DNA of 64,000 nucleotides from Pavona decussata (Eukaryota): NCBI GenBank assembly GCA_977016875.1, contig CDRNST010000143.1, positions 3,286,001 to 3,350,000 of the forward strand, read 5' to 3'. Shown piece by piece: positions 63,296 to 64,000 of this stretch (position 1 is its first letter; each line of letters starts with the position of its first letter). The notes under the pieces were generated by a model. It saw only the letters and a program-made list of their open reading frames with translations, ran no database searches and was not told where the DNA came from. The position numbers and the translations under genes were made by a program.

Positions 63296-64000
63296 GTGGC
63301 CCCTGAAACTCTATTAGCACAGTGCAGAGTCGACGATAGCTGGCACTGAGCCACCTTCAGTCCACCTGTTGCTACATGCTATTCCTATGAACGAACGGTA
63401 TTTGAAGACTATTTGAAAGCCCAAAAGACCTATCTGGAAAAAACAATTCCCCTTGACTTCTTGCTGCTAAACGCACAATAAAATAAGAGGCGTTCTGTTT
63501 TGCGCTCAGAAAGTATACAAGAATGGTGAGCGGTAAAACATTTTCCAACGGAAATGTTTTCACAACGAACATTTTGCTTAGTTACTTAATCATGAACGGA
63601 TGAACATCCCCAAAGCTATCTGATTAATTTGAAGAATGTTGACATTGTTTGAATTAAAAAAGATCCTGAATTAAGCATTGAGCTGGACACCATTAAATAA
63701 ATTCGTAGAATATGTCAGTGGAAAAATTTCTCGAAATTTCGTTGTTTGGTTAAGGTTTGTTTTGCTTTGTTGTTAGTCTGTCCAATCTTTATTTGATGAC
63801 TGATTATATGTGCGAAAGTAATTATAAAAATTCTCCTTTTACTACACACCTCAGGTCAACTGGGGCTGTGAAGGAAAAGCCGCGGAAATGGAAACGGGAA
63901 GAGATGGACGTAAGTTCTATTACACTTACCCCGTTAAAGGAAAAAAGAAGAAAGTTTATTGCAATTATGACAGTCGTCAAAGTCTGGAAACAGCAATTGC
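55837..64000 (+). CDS. Secreted MACPF (perforin-like) protein precursor, 3' end beyond the window
   Basis: Exons 55837-55891, 56876-57049, 58123-58304, 58944-59186, 59889-60001, 60868-61098, 61582-61694, 62751-63163, 63855->64000; GT-AG; phases 1,1,0,0,2,2,1,0; open throughout. MACPF signature WGTHY-IKSARF-GG; FIGVGFD at the domain start; GGS and WLQSI downstream. Confidence 0.88.
56876..57049 (+). CDS. MACPF gene exon 2 (acidic propeptide-like)
   Basis: DVLHKVAGVDEG...AKKEQT; phase 1-1; alternative in-frame acceptors at 56894-56900 are possible. Confidence 0.65.
58123..58304 (+). CDS. MACPF gene exon 3
   Basis: ESASAPKRALPALAATVLK...NFLAKE; phase 1-0. Confidence 0.8.
58944..59186 (+). CDS. 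MACPF gene exon 4
   Basis: IKLDIMPDKSW...GCWG...CYNAKWTSSVCQ; phase 0-0. Confidence 0.8.
59889..60001 (+). CDS. MACPF gene exon 5
   Basis: NMIDGAAFIGVGFDGRG...NCKNKAT; phase 0-2. Confidence 0.85.
60868..61098 (+). CDS. MACPF gene exon 6
   Basis: YDDFDVPDTM...GSYFGFYAG...DIDVDR; phase 2-2. Confidence 0.88.
61582..61694 (+). CDS. MACPF gene exon 7
   Basis: YEIFMDEVKPQDLSLAFLREFLNLP; phase 2-1. Confidence 0.88.
62751..63163 (+). CDS. MACPF gene exon 8 (signature motif)
   Basis: FIQRWGTHYIKSARFGGQL; phase 1-0. Confidence 0.93.
63225..63294. repeat. (AAT)n microsatellite
   Basis: Seen directly. Confidence 0.95.
63855..64000 (+). CDS. MACPF gene exon 9 (cut by window end)
   Basis: CTCAG acceptor; VNWGCEGKAAEME...VYCNYDSRQSLETAI, open to the window end. 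Confidence 0.8.

Overview
AT-rich, intron-containing animal DNA; the gene families and repeat types suggest a cnidarian, probably a stony coral (inference). Four protein-coding genes can be reconstructed by hand from GT-AG splice sites with consistent reading phases. (1) An intronless rhodopsin-class GPCR (4066-5178, -). (2, 3) Two tandem paralogues on the minus strand, gene A (7307-23268, 538 aa) and gene B (28239-44244, 549 aa), each with 7 coding exons and the architecture signal peptide - pentraxin/LamG-like - TSP1 - pentraxin/LamG-like. (4) A divergently oriented MACPF gene (55837 to beyond 64000, +) with a signal peptide, an acidic propeptide ending in KR, and the WGTHY-x6-GG signature. 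The introns hold three three-level nests of transposons, including a young non-autonomous LTR element (tRNA-Leu PBS, CGTT TSD) inside an RTE LINE and a Penelope-like fragment with a 12-bp TSD. Between gene B and the MACPF gene are a double fold-back palindrome made from the pentraxin genes' upstream module, interrupted by a hAT element with a 5-bp TSD, and a recent 2.67-kb tandem duplication. Two assembly gaps are present. No database searches were run; family assignments rest on recognised motifs.
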